64,000 nucleotides of DNA from a virus (Duplodnaviria; Heunggongvirae; Uroviricota; Caudoviricetes). Location: positions 62,445 to 126,444 of IMG/VR virus record IMGVR_UViG_3300009702_000014; one strand, written 5' to 3'. How positions within the stretch are numbered: position 1 is the stretch's first letter; the number at the start of each line of letters is the position of its first letter. Both the position numbers and the translations under genes were made by a program. The notes beneath the pieces are model-generated. The model saw nothing but the letters and a program-made list of their open reading frames with translations. It searched no databases and had not been told where the DNA came from. Positions 35,773 to 45,304 of the stretch are shown here, piece after piece.

Positions 35773-36238
35773 TAGATTAGGTAAACCGATGAAGCCAGGG
35801 GATATTATAGCCTACAGAGGCCGTTCGGGAGATATCGGGGTCTTAAATCTAAGAATAATTCTGGATACCAAAGAGGAGCAGAGGCCAAGCCCTGATTTTA
35901 AAGGCAGAATGGATACAGTATCCACAATCTACATTGTAAAGGCTGACCTAGAAAATCCCCGCATTGAAATTCCCATTAGGAATGATGCAGACCTGGAAGC
36001 TCTCAAACAACATCCCAAACTAAGCGATGTCCGCCGCAAGTATGATAATCCTTATATCGCCTGGGCCAGGGACTTGTCTCGGGAGGAGTTTTCTGCCAAA
36101 CGAGCACAGGTATACTTTCCTGAGAGAGCAGCAATAGTCGATTTACCCCCTCAAACACCAGATGAGCCTCTAGAAATAAAGGCATTGAGGATGGGAAGAG
36201 AGAAGGTTTTGAATGGTGAAATACGAAGAAAGCGATAA
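35726..36238 (+). CDS. hypothetical protein
   Basis: 170-aa ORF, likely starting at internal Met MVTDRLG. Confidence 0.4.
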   Translation: MLMKFVDGWSGNMVTDRLGKPMKPGDIIAYRGRSGDIGVLNLRIILDTKEEQRPSPDFKGRMDTVSTIYIVKADLENPRIEIPIRNDADLEALKQHPKLSDVRRKYDNPYIAWARDLSREEFSAKRAQVYFPERAAIVDLPPQTPDEPLEIKALRMGREKVLNGEIRRKR

Positions 36239-36794
36239 GAGCCTCTTTGACCCTGAATTAGAATTAGACATGATTTTCAATCCAGTTAATTGCAAGGGCG
36301 TCGCTGGCAAGGGGCTGGCAAAAGAATTCAAAGAGAGATATCCTACGGGTTTTGCTACCTATCGACAGCAATGTCAATCCTCTATGATGATGCCAGACGC
36401 AACAGGGAAGCTTCGTAAAGTTCCTAACTTTCAGCCCGGTGATGTTCTTCACTTTGTTGATATGACACCCCAGGAATATGAGCAAATTAATCAGGCAGAA
36501 ACAGCAGACGAAGCAGTAAAGCTTGCCGAAAGAGTGCGCAAGCATATCGTGTATTTCCCAACAAAGAACCACTGGAAACGCCCCTCTCAATTGAACTTCA
36601 TTGTAAAAGGAATGAGGAATGTCCGTAGTCTCTTGGAACGCGAGGATATCCAGGAACAAGTGCATCGTATAGGAATTCCTGCGTTAGGCTGCGGATTAGG
36701 GGGTTTGAATTGGGCCGATGTTAGGCGTACAATAGAGGAAGCTCTAGCTGGCCTAGAGGCTAATTATACAGTAGTTTTATTTCCTCCTCAATAA
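36213..36794 (+). CDS. macro-domain (ADP-ribose binding/processing) protein
   Basis: IFNPVNCKGVAGKGLAKEF and IGIPALGCGLGGLNWADV match macro-domain glycine-rich motifs. Confidence 0.5.
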   Translation: MVKYEESDKSLFDPELELDMIFNPVNCKGVAGKGLAKEFKERYPTGFATYRQQCQSSMMMPDATGKLRKVPNFQPGDVLHFVDMTPQEYEQINQAETADEAVKLAERVRKHIVYFPTKNHWKRPSQLNFIVKGMRNVRSLLEREDIQEQVHRIGIPALGCGLGGLNWADVRRTIEEALAGLEANYTVVLFPPQ

Positions 36795-36847
36795 GCCCCA
36801 CAAAGGGGCTTTTGTTTTGCTCGTGATGGCTATGCTATAATAATCTT

Positions 36848-37033
36848 ATGCCAGAGAATAACCATAGAACTGTCGTATTGGGCGTCGTTTCAGATATTTT
36901 AAATGATGAAGAATTAGACAATTTACGTGTGAAGGATATTCGTAGGGTAGTTCTACACCTACAGGACAGGTTAAATACAAGCGGGAAAACAGAAGAGGAA
37001 AGCGACGAAGAGTTGCGAGACTACATTCTCTAG
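36848..37033 (+). CDS. hypothetical small acidic protein
   Basis: 61-aa ORF. Confidence 0.3.
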   Translation: MPENNHRTVVLGVVSDILNDEELDNLRVKDIRRVVLHLQDRLNTSGKTEEESDEELRDYIL

Positions 37034-37043
37034 GAGGCTCTAG

Positions 37044-37991
37044 ATGGTTCAAAGAAGCGCAAGTTTGGTTAAAAAGACAGTGGGTGGTGCAACTGCATTC
37101 ACAGCCGGGTCTTTGTATCCAAAGGTTCTAATCAATGGAACAACAGGGGTATATACTGCTGTTAAGAATTTGGCAGATGAAACAAGTATTCTCACTCCAC
37201 TGGTCGGAGTAAATGATACTTGGGTCGTATGGGAACCTGATGTGGCCCCCAGTGTAACGGTAAATAGCGTTACTTACCCGCTCACTTTTGGTACAGACTT
37301 CGACACGATGGTTTACCTAGACGAAACAGGGACTTCAAATGTAGTTCACGAAGCTATCGGTGCTCCCGTGTTAACGACTGCCTGGAATACGCCCACAGTA
37401 AATGCCTCTAACCTAAGTTGGACCAATACGTATCTAAGCCCGACGTATATCTACCGCACCGCCCCGTACGCCACGTTTAGCAGCACTCCTGTTTCTAATG
37501 TTGCTGGTACAATCCCGGCGGCTAATAATACCACAACGACAGTTTATAGCTATACCGCCTCCACCACCGGCGAAATTTCTGTGGCTTACTCTTTGACAGC
37601 TTCGGGAGCACCAAGCGCACCAGGAAGTGTACAACTTCTACAAAACAACCAGCCTATTCTTAATACAGGTGGTACACTTCCAGCAGATACAAGTACTTAC
37701 AGCTTTACAGATAGAATCAGTGTAACGTCTGGAGATGTTATCAATATTTCTGTGACAAACGGTGATACGGGTACGGTTATCACATATGCTGCCTCTGCCA
37801 TCACCATTAAGATATATGCTGTTGCCCCGTCTACGTATACCTTAATTGCTAAGGTTGACGGTCCAAGTATTCCGGGGACTCCTGCAACTTACGCGGATGC
37901 TGCCTCTGGTGTGACCTCAGCTAATTCTGTCACCTACATGGTTATGAATGCTAATGGTACTTCTGCAAGTGCCTACGTTGATGTTCCTTAA
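37044..37991 (+). CDS. Thr/Ser-rich hypothetical protein (possible structural/Ig-like)
   Basis: 315 aa, about 35% S/T/A/G/V. Confidence 0.4.
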   Translation: MVQRSASLVKKTVGGATAFTAGSLYPKVLINGTTGVYTAVKNLADETSILTPLVGVNDTWVVWEPDVAPSVTVNSVTYPLTFGTDFDTMVYLDETGTSNVVHEAIGAPVLTTAWNTPTVNASNLSWTNTYLSPTYIYRTAPYATFSSTPVSNVAGTIPAANNTTTTVYSYTASTTGEISVAYSLTASGAPSAPGSVQLLQNNQPILNTGGTLPADTSTYSFTDRISVTSGDVINISVTNGDTGTVITYAASAITIKIYAVAPSTYTLIAKVDGPSIPGTPATYADAASGVTSANSVTYMVMNANGTSASAYVDVP

Positions 37992-38095
37992 TTCCTAACT
38001 TAACAAAATACTAATGCTTAGCTCATTACACGAAACTTTAAAGAGTCTCGCGGGAAACCGTCGGGACTTTTTTGGTTTAAAGGAGAGTAACTCCG

Positions 38096-38761
38096 ATGGC
38101 AAAAAAGGGTATCAGTCTCTATTCTATTCTCAAGAAGTATTACCTCAATCCCTTACAAGTAATAGCAGTCGAGGCTATCCGAAACAACAAGATAGTCGTG
38201 TTACGTGGGGAAGCTGGTACAGCTAAAACATTCACAGCCGTTTATGCGGCCATGAAGTTGCTGACCGAAGAGAATAGCATTGAGAGGATTGCCATTACTC
38301 GACCGATGATTACAACCGAAAAGATGGGATTTCTTCCAGGAGAAATAGAGGATAAGCTAGACCCTTTTCTTAGCCCCGTCATTTCCTTTTTCAACAAATT
38401 TGGAGAAGCAGGTGAAAAGACCTTTGAAGCCTACACCGTCGCTGGAAAGATTCGCCGCGCCCCGCTCGCGTTTATGCGAGGCACCACAGTCGAGAGTGAA
38501 ATATTGATTGTAGACGAGGCACAAAACGTTACACCCGAGCAGATGCTCATGATTCTAACTCGCCTTGGAAAGGGTGGCAAAATCGTTATCACGGGAGACG
38601 AGAAACAAAACGACTTACATAGCATAGCAACCGGCATGGATTACATCGTGGCCTTGTCTAAACGCCTTCCCTACATCAGGGAAATCACGTTAACTGATAA
38701 CATGCGCGACCCAATCATCAATGAGATTATCCAGAACTGGCCACGTGAAATCCGCGTTTAA
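38096..38761 (+). CDS. phoH: PhoH-like ATPase
   Basis: Walker A GEAGTAKT; ILIVDEAQNVTPEQMLMILTRLGKGGKIVITGD. Confidence 0.75.
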   Translation: MAKKGISLYSILKKYYLNPLQVIAVEAIRNNKIVVLRGEAGTAKTFTAVYAAMKLLTEENSIERIAITRPMITTEKMGFLPGEIEDKLDPFLSPVISFFNKFGEAGEKTFEAYTVAGKIRRAPLAFMRGTTVESEILIVDEAQNVTPEQMLMILTRLGKGGKIVITGDEKQNDLHSIATGMDYIVALSKRLPYIREITLTDNMRDPIINEIIQNWPREIRV

Positions 38762-38874
38762 TTTGACTCATGTACAAAAATACGGTATAATAAAGAAGTC
38801 TCAAAGGAATTTGGGGCTTCTCATTTATCTAATATGAGCTGTTGCTATAATGAGCGCAGTTAAAGGAGTTTGCG

Positions 38875-39225
38875 ATGATTAAATTAAAACTCTCTCCTCG
38901 TACAGAAAAGCTGAGGCCGTTCATCAAGGAAATTCTACTTTATAGCGGCCTGGATGATGTGACGGTAGAAATAGGCGAAAATCAAACGTCTTTTACGGCA
39001 AACACAATCTTCGTGTGTGAAAATAAATACGGAAACCTAGAAGATGTGCTTGCTGCCTTCGCAGAGCGGATTTACGACGGAAGTGTTCATATACGATATA
39101 GACCCGCGACTAGGGTATGGCTACAAAACACACGCTCAGAGACACGTGCAGGCAAGGTTGCTGCTGTTATTGAAAAGGCTATTGAACCTAATACATTCTT
39201 TGGCCTGGAAAGGTACGCATTATAA
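38875..39225 (+). CDS. hypothetical protein
   Basis: 116-aa ORF. Confidence 0.35.
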   Translation: MIKLKLSPRTEKLRPFIKEILLYSGLDDVTVEIGENQTSFTANTIFVCENKYGNLEDVLAAFAERIYDGSVHIRYRPATRVWLQNTRSETRAGKVAAVIEKAIEPNTFFGLERYAL

Positions 39226-39666
39226 ATGATAGAGGTCACACCAGACGATTCTTTCTTTAGTTATGCACAATACGACAACGTGTTAGTGTTGCCCATAACA
39301 GGATTCGTCCGTAAGGATGGTGGCCTCGTTTTCGTTGATGAACATGCTAAAGAGGCAGCCGAAGAACACCCTCAGCTAGCGAGAATGATGGGTTGGTTAG
39401 TCAAACAGGATGTACCAACACCTTACTATCGTAAGGGGGATATAAACTTCTTAGGGTTACGCACCCGCGAGCACTACGCTGGTAAGGATGATGCCCAATT
39501 GATAGAAGAAAGCCTCTGGTATCTCAACGGCGAGGCCATCGAAAAGCCAGGTATGGTTTTTTACCTATACCCACTCAACGAGGACTTGGAGCTTCATAGG
39601 AAAATATTAGGCCAACTCCCAAATGTTGTACTGCTTAGAAAGGATGAGCATGATACTGGAGATTGA
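39226..39666 (+). CDS. hypothetical protein
   Basis: 146-aa ORF. Confidence 0.4.
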   Translation: MIEVTPDDSFFSYAQYDNVLVLPITGFVRKDGGLVFVDEHAKEAAEEHPQLARMMGWLVKQDVPTPYYRKGDINFLGLRTREHYAGKDDAQLIEESLWYLNGEAIEKPGMVFYLYPLNEDLELHRKILGQLPNVVLLRKDEHDTGD

Positions 39667-40156
39667 TACTTCAACGTGTCCAGAAGCCACTGAAATCCTT
39701 GAAGAAGAAACTAAGTATCTAAAATGTGCGGCCTGCGGAAAACATTTCGCTCACGCGGGCCGAGGAAGACCACCTAGTTCTTGCTCTTGGATTCGTGAAT
39801 TACGGAAAAAGCAAGATGTTAAATTTAAAAAGGAGCGTAAAAAGGCGCGTAAGAATGACAATCTTATCGAAGTGCCTATTTTTGACTCCTATTCCTCTGC
39901 CGAGGAGTTGCAAAAGGGCAACATTGTATATGTGCTGGCCACGGCTTTAAATCGAGAGGTTAGCCAACGCAGATTCGCCAAAGAATATAAGGTTACTCGT
40001 GTCGAGGACGACACCGTGTATGTTGTAAGAAACGCTAAGATGGGTCACAGAGAATATGAAGTTGGTGTGACGAATATTTCTCGCCTGCATAAGATTATCG
40101 GTGTAGACTATGTTGATAAGACCGACGATGATGTAATTGACGAAGAAGAAGAATGA
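39623..40156 (+). CDS. hypothetical protein with Cys cluster and acidic tail
   Basis: 177-aa ORF; CAACGKHFAHAG...CSW. Confidence 0.4.
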   Translation: MLYCLERMSMILEIDTSTCPEATEILEEETKYLKCAACGKHFAHAGRGRPPSSCSWIRELRKKQDVKFKKERKKARKNDNLIEVPIFDSYSSAEELQKGNIVYVLATALNREVSQRRFAKEYKVTRVEDDTVYVVRNAKMGHREYEVGVTNISRLHKIIGVDYVDKTDDDVIDEEEE

Positions 40157-40475
40157 AAGGATAGCAATGGAAGAACCACAGTTTAAAGAAGGGATGCCCA
40201 AGGAGGAACAGCCTCAGGTATTCACGTTTAGCCTTCAAGTCCCGGTGTTCATCACCCAAGAAGAAGAAGTCGGAGGAATGCCCCTAGAGCCTTATATCAA
40301 GAAACTCATCGAAACGGGATATGCTACGGAAAAAGAGTTGGTGTCTTACATCAAGTTCGTGGCTCAGTTTAGCAGCATCGCTCCCTTCCTTCTAGATGAA
40401 TTCCTGGCTACATATCGAAAAGTAGTAGGAGAGGAGGCTAGTACAAAGACTGACCTTTGGACCCCCCGCCGATAA
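40137..40475 (+). CDS. hypothetical protein
   Basis: 112-aa ORF. Confidence 0.35.
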   Translation: MTKKKNERIAMEEPQFKEGMPKEEQPQVFTFSLQVPVFITQEEEVGGMPLEPYIKKLIETGYATEKELVSYIKFVAQFSSIAPFLLDEFLATYRKVVGEEASTKTDLWTPRR

Positions 40476-40484
40476 GGAGGAGAA

Positions 40485-40748
40485 ATGGTACACACGCAAG
40501 CCTACTATCGACACCACGTGGAACGAGTAAGTCAAAATCGCAACGAAATACATAATATGTTTCTTCCAGAGTATATGAAGGAAGAGTGGGAAACACATGA
40601 TAGTAGATGGGCTAAGCACCACCCGTTTGATTGTGGCAACCCCAGATGCTTAGCCTGCCATCACGAAAAGGTATTAGAAAAGCGCAGATTTACATTATCC
40701 GAAGCCGAATTAGAGCAACTTTTGGCCGAGGAAGATATGGAGCTATAA
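40485..40748 (+). CDS. hypothetical protein
   Basis: 87-aa ORF with good RBS AGGAGGAG. Confidence 0.4.
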   Translation: MVHTQAYYRHHVERVSQNRNEIHNMFLPEYMKEEWETHDSRWAKHHPFDCGNPRCLACHHEKVLEKRRFTLSEAELEQLLAEEDMEL

Positions 40749-40870
40749 ACGAAAGTCGTAGAAAGGGTCCAAGCGGAAAGGAATAAAACCACAGACAACA
40801 TGAAAGAAGAAACAGAGCAAAAGAAAAAGCCTGTCTCTTGGTGGGACAGACTCTTTGGAAGTGTTGTTTA

Positions 40871-40895
40871 AGGCCCCGAAAGGGGTCTTTTTCTA
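40871..40895 (+). terminator. rho-independent terminator ending the plus-strand block
   Basis: GGCCCC-GAAA-GGGGTC followed by TTTTTC. Confidence 0.55.
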
Positions 40896-41444
40896 TAATT
40901 TGACTTCTATATGCACTCGGCTAGCTATGTAATCCATAGTTTGAAATATAACCGGGAGCTTTTTATTGCTATTAAGGAGGGGGTTGACGCTCCACCTGCC
41001 ACTGTGTGAGGAGACACATTCCATTATAGTATGGTATGCACTCGCATCTATATGAAACCTATCAGCATATCCATTATAAGGGAACTGCATCAGAGGATAC
41101 AACGGATGCATTACATCTGAGGCTTTTATATCCTTAGGTGGGATTCCTCTAGCGAATGAATCATGAAGAATAGCCGAGGCCAAGAGTATGTCTTGTTCCC
41201 ACAGGCTGAGGTTATAAAACCTTACAAAATCATCAACTAATTTACAAACCCGCCTCGTATGTAACACAAGGCCCCCTGCTTTTCTTTCATCCTCAGGATG
41301 ATACCAGTTTACACTTGCAGGTGCTTCCCAAAAATACTCAGGAAAATCGTCTAGAGTTGCCATTAAAAACTTTTGGAGGTTTCCGTCTGTTATTCTTTGT
41401 ACTTCTTGTTCTAAGAAGATTCTGTTTAAAGTTGCCAATTCCAC
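40893..41444 (-). CDS. HD-domain phosphohydrolase-like protein
   Basis: LVLHTRRV ... ASAILHDSFARG (H..HD). Confidence 0.45.
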   Translation of the reverse strand: MELATLNRIFLEQEVQRITDGNLQKFLMATLDDFPEYFWEAPASVNWYHPEDERKAGGLVLHTRRVCKLVDDFVRFYNLSLWEQDILLASAILHDSFARGIPPKDIKASDVMHPLYPLMQFPYNGYADRFHIDASAYHTIMECVSSHSGRWSVNPLLNSNKKLPVIFQTMDYIASRVHIEVKL

Positions 41445-41496
41445 GGGTCAACTTCCTTTCCATTTTCTTATATTTTACCTATTTAGTTTAGAGTAG

Positions 41497-44400
41497 TCAA
41501 GTCTGTGGAAAGATATCCTTCAAGTTTATAGTCTGTTTGTTTTTCAACTCTTTCCAGGAACCGAGGCCGATTGTTTTAGAGTACAACTCTTCTGAGTATT
41601 TTTGCTTTTCATCATCAGTAGCAACACCTGTTTTGAGCTTGGCAGCTAATTCCTGTTGCTTGGAGTTAATGCCAGCGGTAAGAATGTCTACGAATGGCCA
41701 GTCGTATGTCAGGAGATAGACCGCCTTGGCAATAACATCGGCAATGTCCTTACCACCGTTAGCCGGGTGGTCTACCTTTGCTGGGTTCTTACTATTTGAG
41801 ACTATTATATGCCCGTCTTCTAGTAGAAAATTATGCGTACCATCAACCGTTATATCATACATAGCGGTTGGGGAAACAGTAACAGTCTCTACACAAGTAA
41901 CTGTACGATTGGCTGCGTCTAATTGCACCTTATTCATACCCAATAAACTAGTACCTGGGATTAACTCCTGAGCTTCTGTCCACTCGCCGTTACTGGTCAT
42001 GTATTTATGTTCTGGTGTAGATTTAATAACGGTCCCATCCTCAAGGGTCACTTTTGTTATCTGCGTTGTATGATACGTTATTCTGGCAGAATGAGCTAGT
42101 GCAGGCACAAAACCATCTTGAGCAGAATCATAGGAATATACCCAGAACGATTCTTTATCAGAATTAGCTAATTCCTCTAGCGTGGGAGTTGTACCATCCA
42201 ACAGGCATATCCTGGTATCTCCTGTAAAACATCTATCCTCCCGCAATTCTCGTAATTCTTCATAAACGATTGGATGCCACGGCAAATCAATCCCGCCATT
42301 GCTTTCTTTCTCCCCTTTTCCATTAGACGGCGGGGCTTCACCAAATAGAGCGTCTCGTAAGGCTGTATAATCCCTGGTTTCTACTAGGTTAAAATCTTTG
42401 ACCAGGGCGTCTCTGTAGGTTTTAGCAATCCATTGCGTGAGAGAGGCTGAATTATGACTTAGCAAGCCCTCTGCGATGTATGTATGGTCCCCATCAACCT
42501 CCATATGTACTATCGTTGAGGTAGATTCTACAATGTCAACTATCTTTACCGAATCTATAAAATCTGGTTTTTTAAGTTTAGAAACTAATTCTTTCAGTGT
42601 TTCTTGTTTTCTATCACTTAGAAATCCTACAACCTCAGAAAAGGGTATAATCTGACTGCCTAAAATAGTAACTTTATATCCATCTTTACGATATGCCTTT
42701 ACGCCCAACTGTAATAGTAATAGTTGTATATCTTTGGATACCTTTTCCGATACCGTAGTAAATTCAATCTTAGAATTTTCAATATCTATACTAGCTGAAT
42801 TTTCATAGAAGGCAGATAGAAAAGCCCCAATATCATTAGAAGTTCCATTAAAAGATAGTTGATAATCTTTAGGGGTTAATTTCGAAATTAGATATCCGAA
42901 CACAAGTGCTTCGGGTATATTTTCATGATTTCCAAAATGAGCCTGTTCTCCGTAAACTATGCTATCCCCAATAGAAAGGTTTTTTGCCTCTACAAAGCCT
43001 TTATTTTTAACATAAAGTGGGTGATTTCTTGTAACTTCTAGTTCAAGCCCAGTATCCATCTTGACAATATAAGAAGGAACGTTATCCTTACTTTCTAATT
43101 CTTGTACAGTATTTAAGCCTTCTTTTCCTACGACCGTATCCCCCACAGAAAGAGTCTCCACATTCCTATACCCTTCCTCTGTTAATACCTTAGACCCTTT
43201 AGCAATGCAATTCCAACCATCAAAAGAGAAATATTTGATGTTGTATCCATACTGGTCCTTGAGCTTGGTTATTAGTTTCTCAATAGCTACCATCTGTACC
43301 TGACCCTCTTCGAACATACGGCCAGTGAAACGGAACGCTAGGTCGATAATAGGACGTACATATTTACGGCCCCGCTCGTCTCGAACAATCTCTCGGTGAG
43401 CTAGCGCAATACCGTAACCGTCCCCACCGTTGACTTCGGAGCCAAGCGCGGGGTCTCCACAGAATACGTATGTCTGGTTTGGGTCGCCTACTTTTGCAAT
43501 AGGCATATCATAGGGTTCTAGCTGGTTAGACTCTCCATCTTCGCCTACGTATATGTGCTCGGAAAGTGGGGAACCTCGCCATTCTCTGTGTGAAATCTTG
43601 TTTTTCCATTCTTCTGTGCCTACTTCATGCGGGTCATAAGGAAGAGGCCAATCCAGAACCCACGTTCTATTCCAATTCATAGCATTCTTGATTCGCTTGG
43701 AATCCTTAATCCAGGAGTCAACAAAACTTCCTGTGACCACAGAGCCATACATACATGCGGCTTTTTCTGGATTTTCTTTGAAGTAGGATTCAAAGTCTTC
43801 CCTTGTGCGTGCAGGATGAAACTCCCAGGAGGCGTATTTTCTTGCATATACGTGAGAAAAGTTGCCAGCATTAGAATAAAATTCATTAATTTTACCAGAG
43901 GAGCCAACATAACGCTGATATGAGATTACCATAACCTTTTCATGGCCTTCGAAACGCGACTGTGAAGAAGTGCGAAGGGTATCTACAATCTTGTCTACGC
44001 TGTGAAATTCAACATCGTCAACCTCGTCAGCCATTGCTACGAGCAAGTCGTAACCTTCGATACCCCCTGCTCGACTGTTGGCCGACATGATTTCGATATT
44101 CTTTGGAAAGACCACCTGTGTTTTTTGAATATCTGTTTCAGGATTAAACCCAAATTGTCTGAAAGCTTTATCCCCCGAGGCTCTTAAAATATTTGCCAAG
44201 GGGTCGAAAAAGTTCTTTCTGGCCTGAGTCTCGTTAATAGCTACATTGATAAGGGTAATAGCCTTTGCGCTGTTATGATTCAGGTACTTATGAGGGTCAT
44301 ACATGCACAGCAGCTTATACACGATATAAAGGAAAAGTACGCCAGAGGACCAATTCTTTCCTCCCCCCTTTCCTACGAAAAGAACAAAGAAATTGATGCC

Positions 44401-44616
44401 ATTTTCCAAATCTGAGCCTTTTTCCAAGAAATCCTTCTGTACGTCAGAAAGGCCCCATAAATCCTGTCCCAGGTACTCATGGCTCAAGACAAAGGTTTCC
44501 AGGTCCACCGGTTTAATTCGGTAAACTTCCCCTTCGGACTCTTTGGCCGCATGTTCGCTCTTACGAAGCAAGTCACCCCAAGTCTCAGTGGCCTTAAACT
44601 CATTTCTTTTTGCCAT
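41497..44616 (-). CDS. terL: terminase large subunit interrupted by two inteins
   Basis: ATPase Walker A VGKGGGKNWS and Walker B LLVAMADEVDD; nuclease Asp motifs FCGDPALG and SFDGWN; 1039 aa against about 640 aa expected for exteins. Confidence 0.7.
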   Translation of the reverse strand: MAKRNEFKATETWGDLLRKSEHAAKESEGEVYRIKPVDLETFVLSHEYLGQDLWGLSDVQKDFLEKGSDLENGINFFVLFVGKGGGKNWSSGVLFLYIVYKLLCMYDPHKYLNHNSAKAITLINVAINETQARKNFFDPLANILRASGDKAFRQFGFNPETDIQKTQVVFPKNIEIMSANSRAGGIEGYDLLVAMADEVDDVEFHSVDKIVDTLRTSSQSRFEGHEKVMVISYQRYVGSSGKINEFYSNAGNFSHVYARKYASWEFHPARTREDFESYFKENPEKAACMYGSVVTGSFVDSWIKDSKRIKNAMNWNRTWVLDWPLPYDPHEVGTEEWKNKISHREWRGSPLSEHIYVGEDGESNQLEPYDMPIAKVGDPNQTYVFCGDPALGSEVNGGDGYGIALAHREIVRDERGRKYVRPIIDLAFRFTGRMFEEGQVQMVAIEKLITKLKDQYGYNIKYFSFDGWNCIAKGSKVLTEEGYRNVETLSVGDTVVGKEGLNTVQELESKDNVPSYIVKMDTGLELEVTRNHPLYVKNKGFVEAKNLSIGDSIVYGEQAHFGNHENIPEALVFGYLISKLTPKDYQLSFNGTSNDIGAFLSAFYENSASIDIENSKIEFTTVSEKVSKDIQLLLLQLGVKAYRKDGYKVTILGSQIIPFSEVVGFLSDRKQETLKELVSKLKKPDFIDSVKIVDIVESTSTIVHMEVDGDHTYIAEGLLSHNSASLTQWIAKTYRDALVKDFNLVETRDYTALRDALFGEAPPSNGKGEKESNGGIDLPWHPIVYEELRELREDRCFTGDTRICLLDGTTPTLEELANSDKESFWVYSYDSAQDGFVPALAHSARITYHTTQITKVTLEDGTVIKSTPEHKYMTSNGEWTEAQELIPGTSLLGMNKVQLDAANRTVTCVETVTVSPTAMYDITVDGTHNFLLEDGHIIVSNSKNPAKVDHPANGGKDIADVIAKAVYLLTYDWPFVDILTAGINSKQQELAAKLKTGVATDDEKQKYSEELYSKTIGLGSWKELKNKQTINLKDIFPQT
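41791..42228 (-). mobile_element. intein 2 in terL (146-aa mini-intein, C797-N942, +1 Ser)
   Basis: begins CFTGDTRICLLDG; ends FLLEDGHIIVSN|S. Confidence 0.55.
42448..43209 (-). mobile_element. intein 1 in terL (254 aa, residues C470-N723, +1 Ser), with putative endonuclease region
   Basis: begins CIAKGSKVLTEEG immediately after nuclease motif FDGWN; ends IAEGLLSHN|S. Confidence 0.6.
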
Positions 44617-44617
44617 G

Positions 44618-45304
44618 TTATCCCTCTATTGGTTCTGCATCGAGCATAGGAGTTTCTTCACGCATAACCTTTCCTATGTCGGAGTCCCAATACATCAGTA
44701 CATCTTCGCGGGTTAGAGAGTCCAGAACACGCTTCGCTGCTGGGTCAGCGTCAAGAGCCCTTTGTAATTTACGATAAAGTGCAGGGTCCTCTTTACGCAA
44801 TAAATCTGTAACAATCTTGACATAAGAGACCTCTTTTTGCACATCAAGAACCTGCGCAAAGAGATTAATATACCCTTCTAATTGCTTTGGAGCCATTTCT
44901 ACAAGCTTATTAAGTTTTTGAGCATTCCTGTTCCATTGTTGCAGAGTGTCGTAATTATCTCCTTTGGTTAAGGCAGTTAGTCCCTGCTCATCAATGATGC
45001 TGGCTACCTCTTCTCGATACATTTGAGCCAACATACCAGTAAAAGCCAGTTCCTTAGAAGCATGGTGTACACTCTGGAAATAGTGAGTGATAACACTCAA
45101 CGGGCTAAACTCATCCGTCATTGCGATAGCTTCTAGATTCTCGTCATTGTAGTTACGAAGCTTGTCGTCACGTATAAATCGGTATACTTCGGTATAACCT
45201 AAATCAAACTTATCCGCAATTTGTCGGTAATTTAATTTTTGCTTGAAATGGGCATCTTTAATCTTATCTCCAAGTCCCAATTCCTTGATACGCTTATGCT
45301 TCAT
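44618..45304 (-). CDS. HTH-containing protein immediately upstream of terL (small-terminase candidate)
   Basis: N-terminal YRQIADKFDLGYTEVYRFI. Confidence 0.35.
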   Translation of the reverse strand: MKHKRIKELGLGDKIKDAHFKQKLNYRQIADKFDLGYTEVYRFIRDDKLRNYNDENLEAIAMTDEFSPLSVITHYFQSVHHASKELAFTGMLAQMYREEVASIIDEQGLTALTKGDNYDTLQQWNRNAQKLNKLVEMAPKQLEGYINLFAQVLDVQKEVSYVKIVTDLLRKEDPALYRKLQRALDADPAAKRVLDSLTREDVLMYWDSDIGKVMREETPMLDAEPIEG

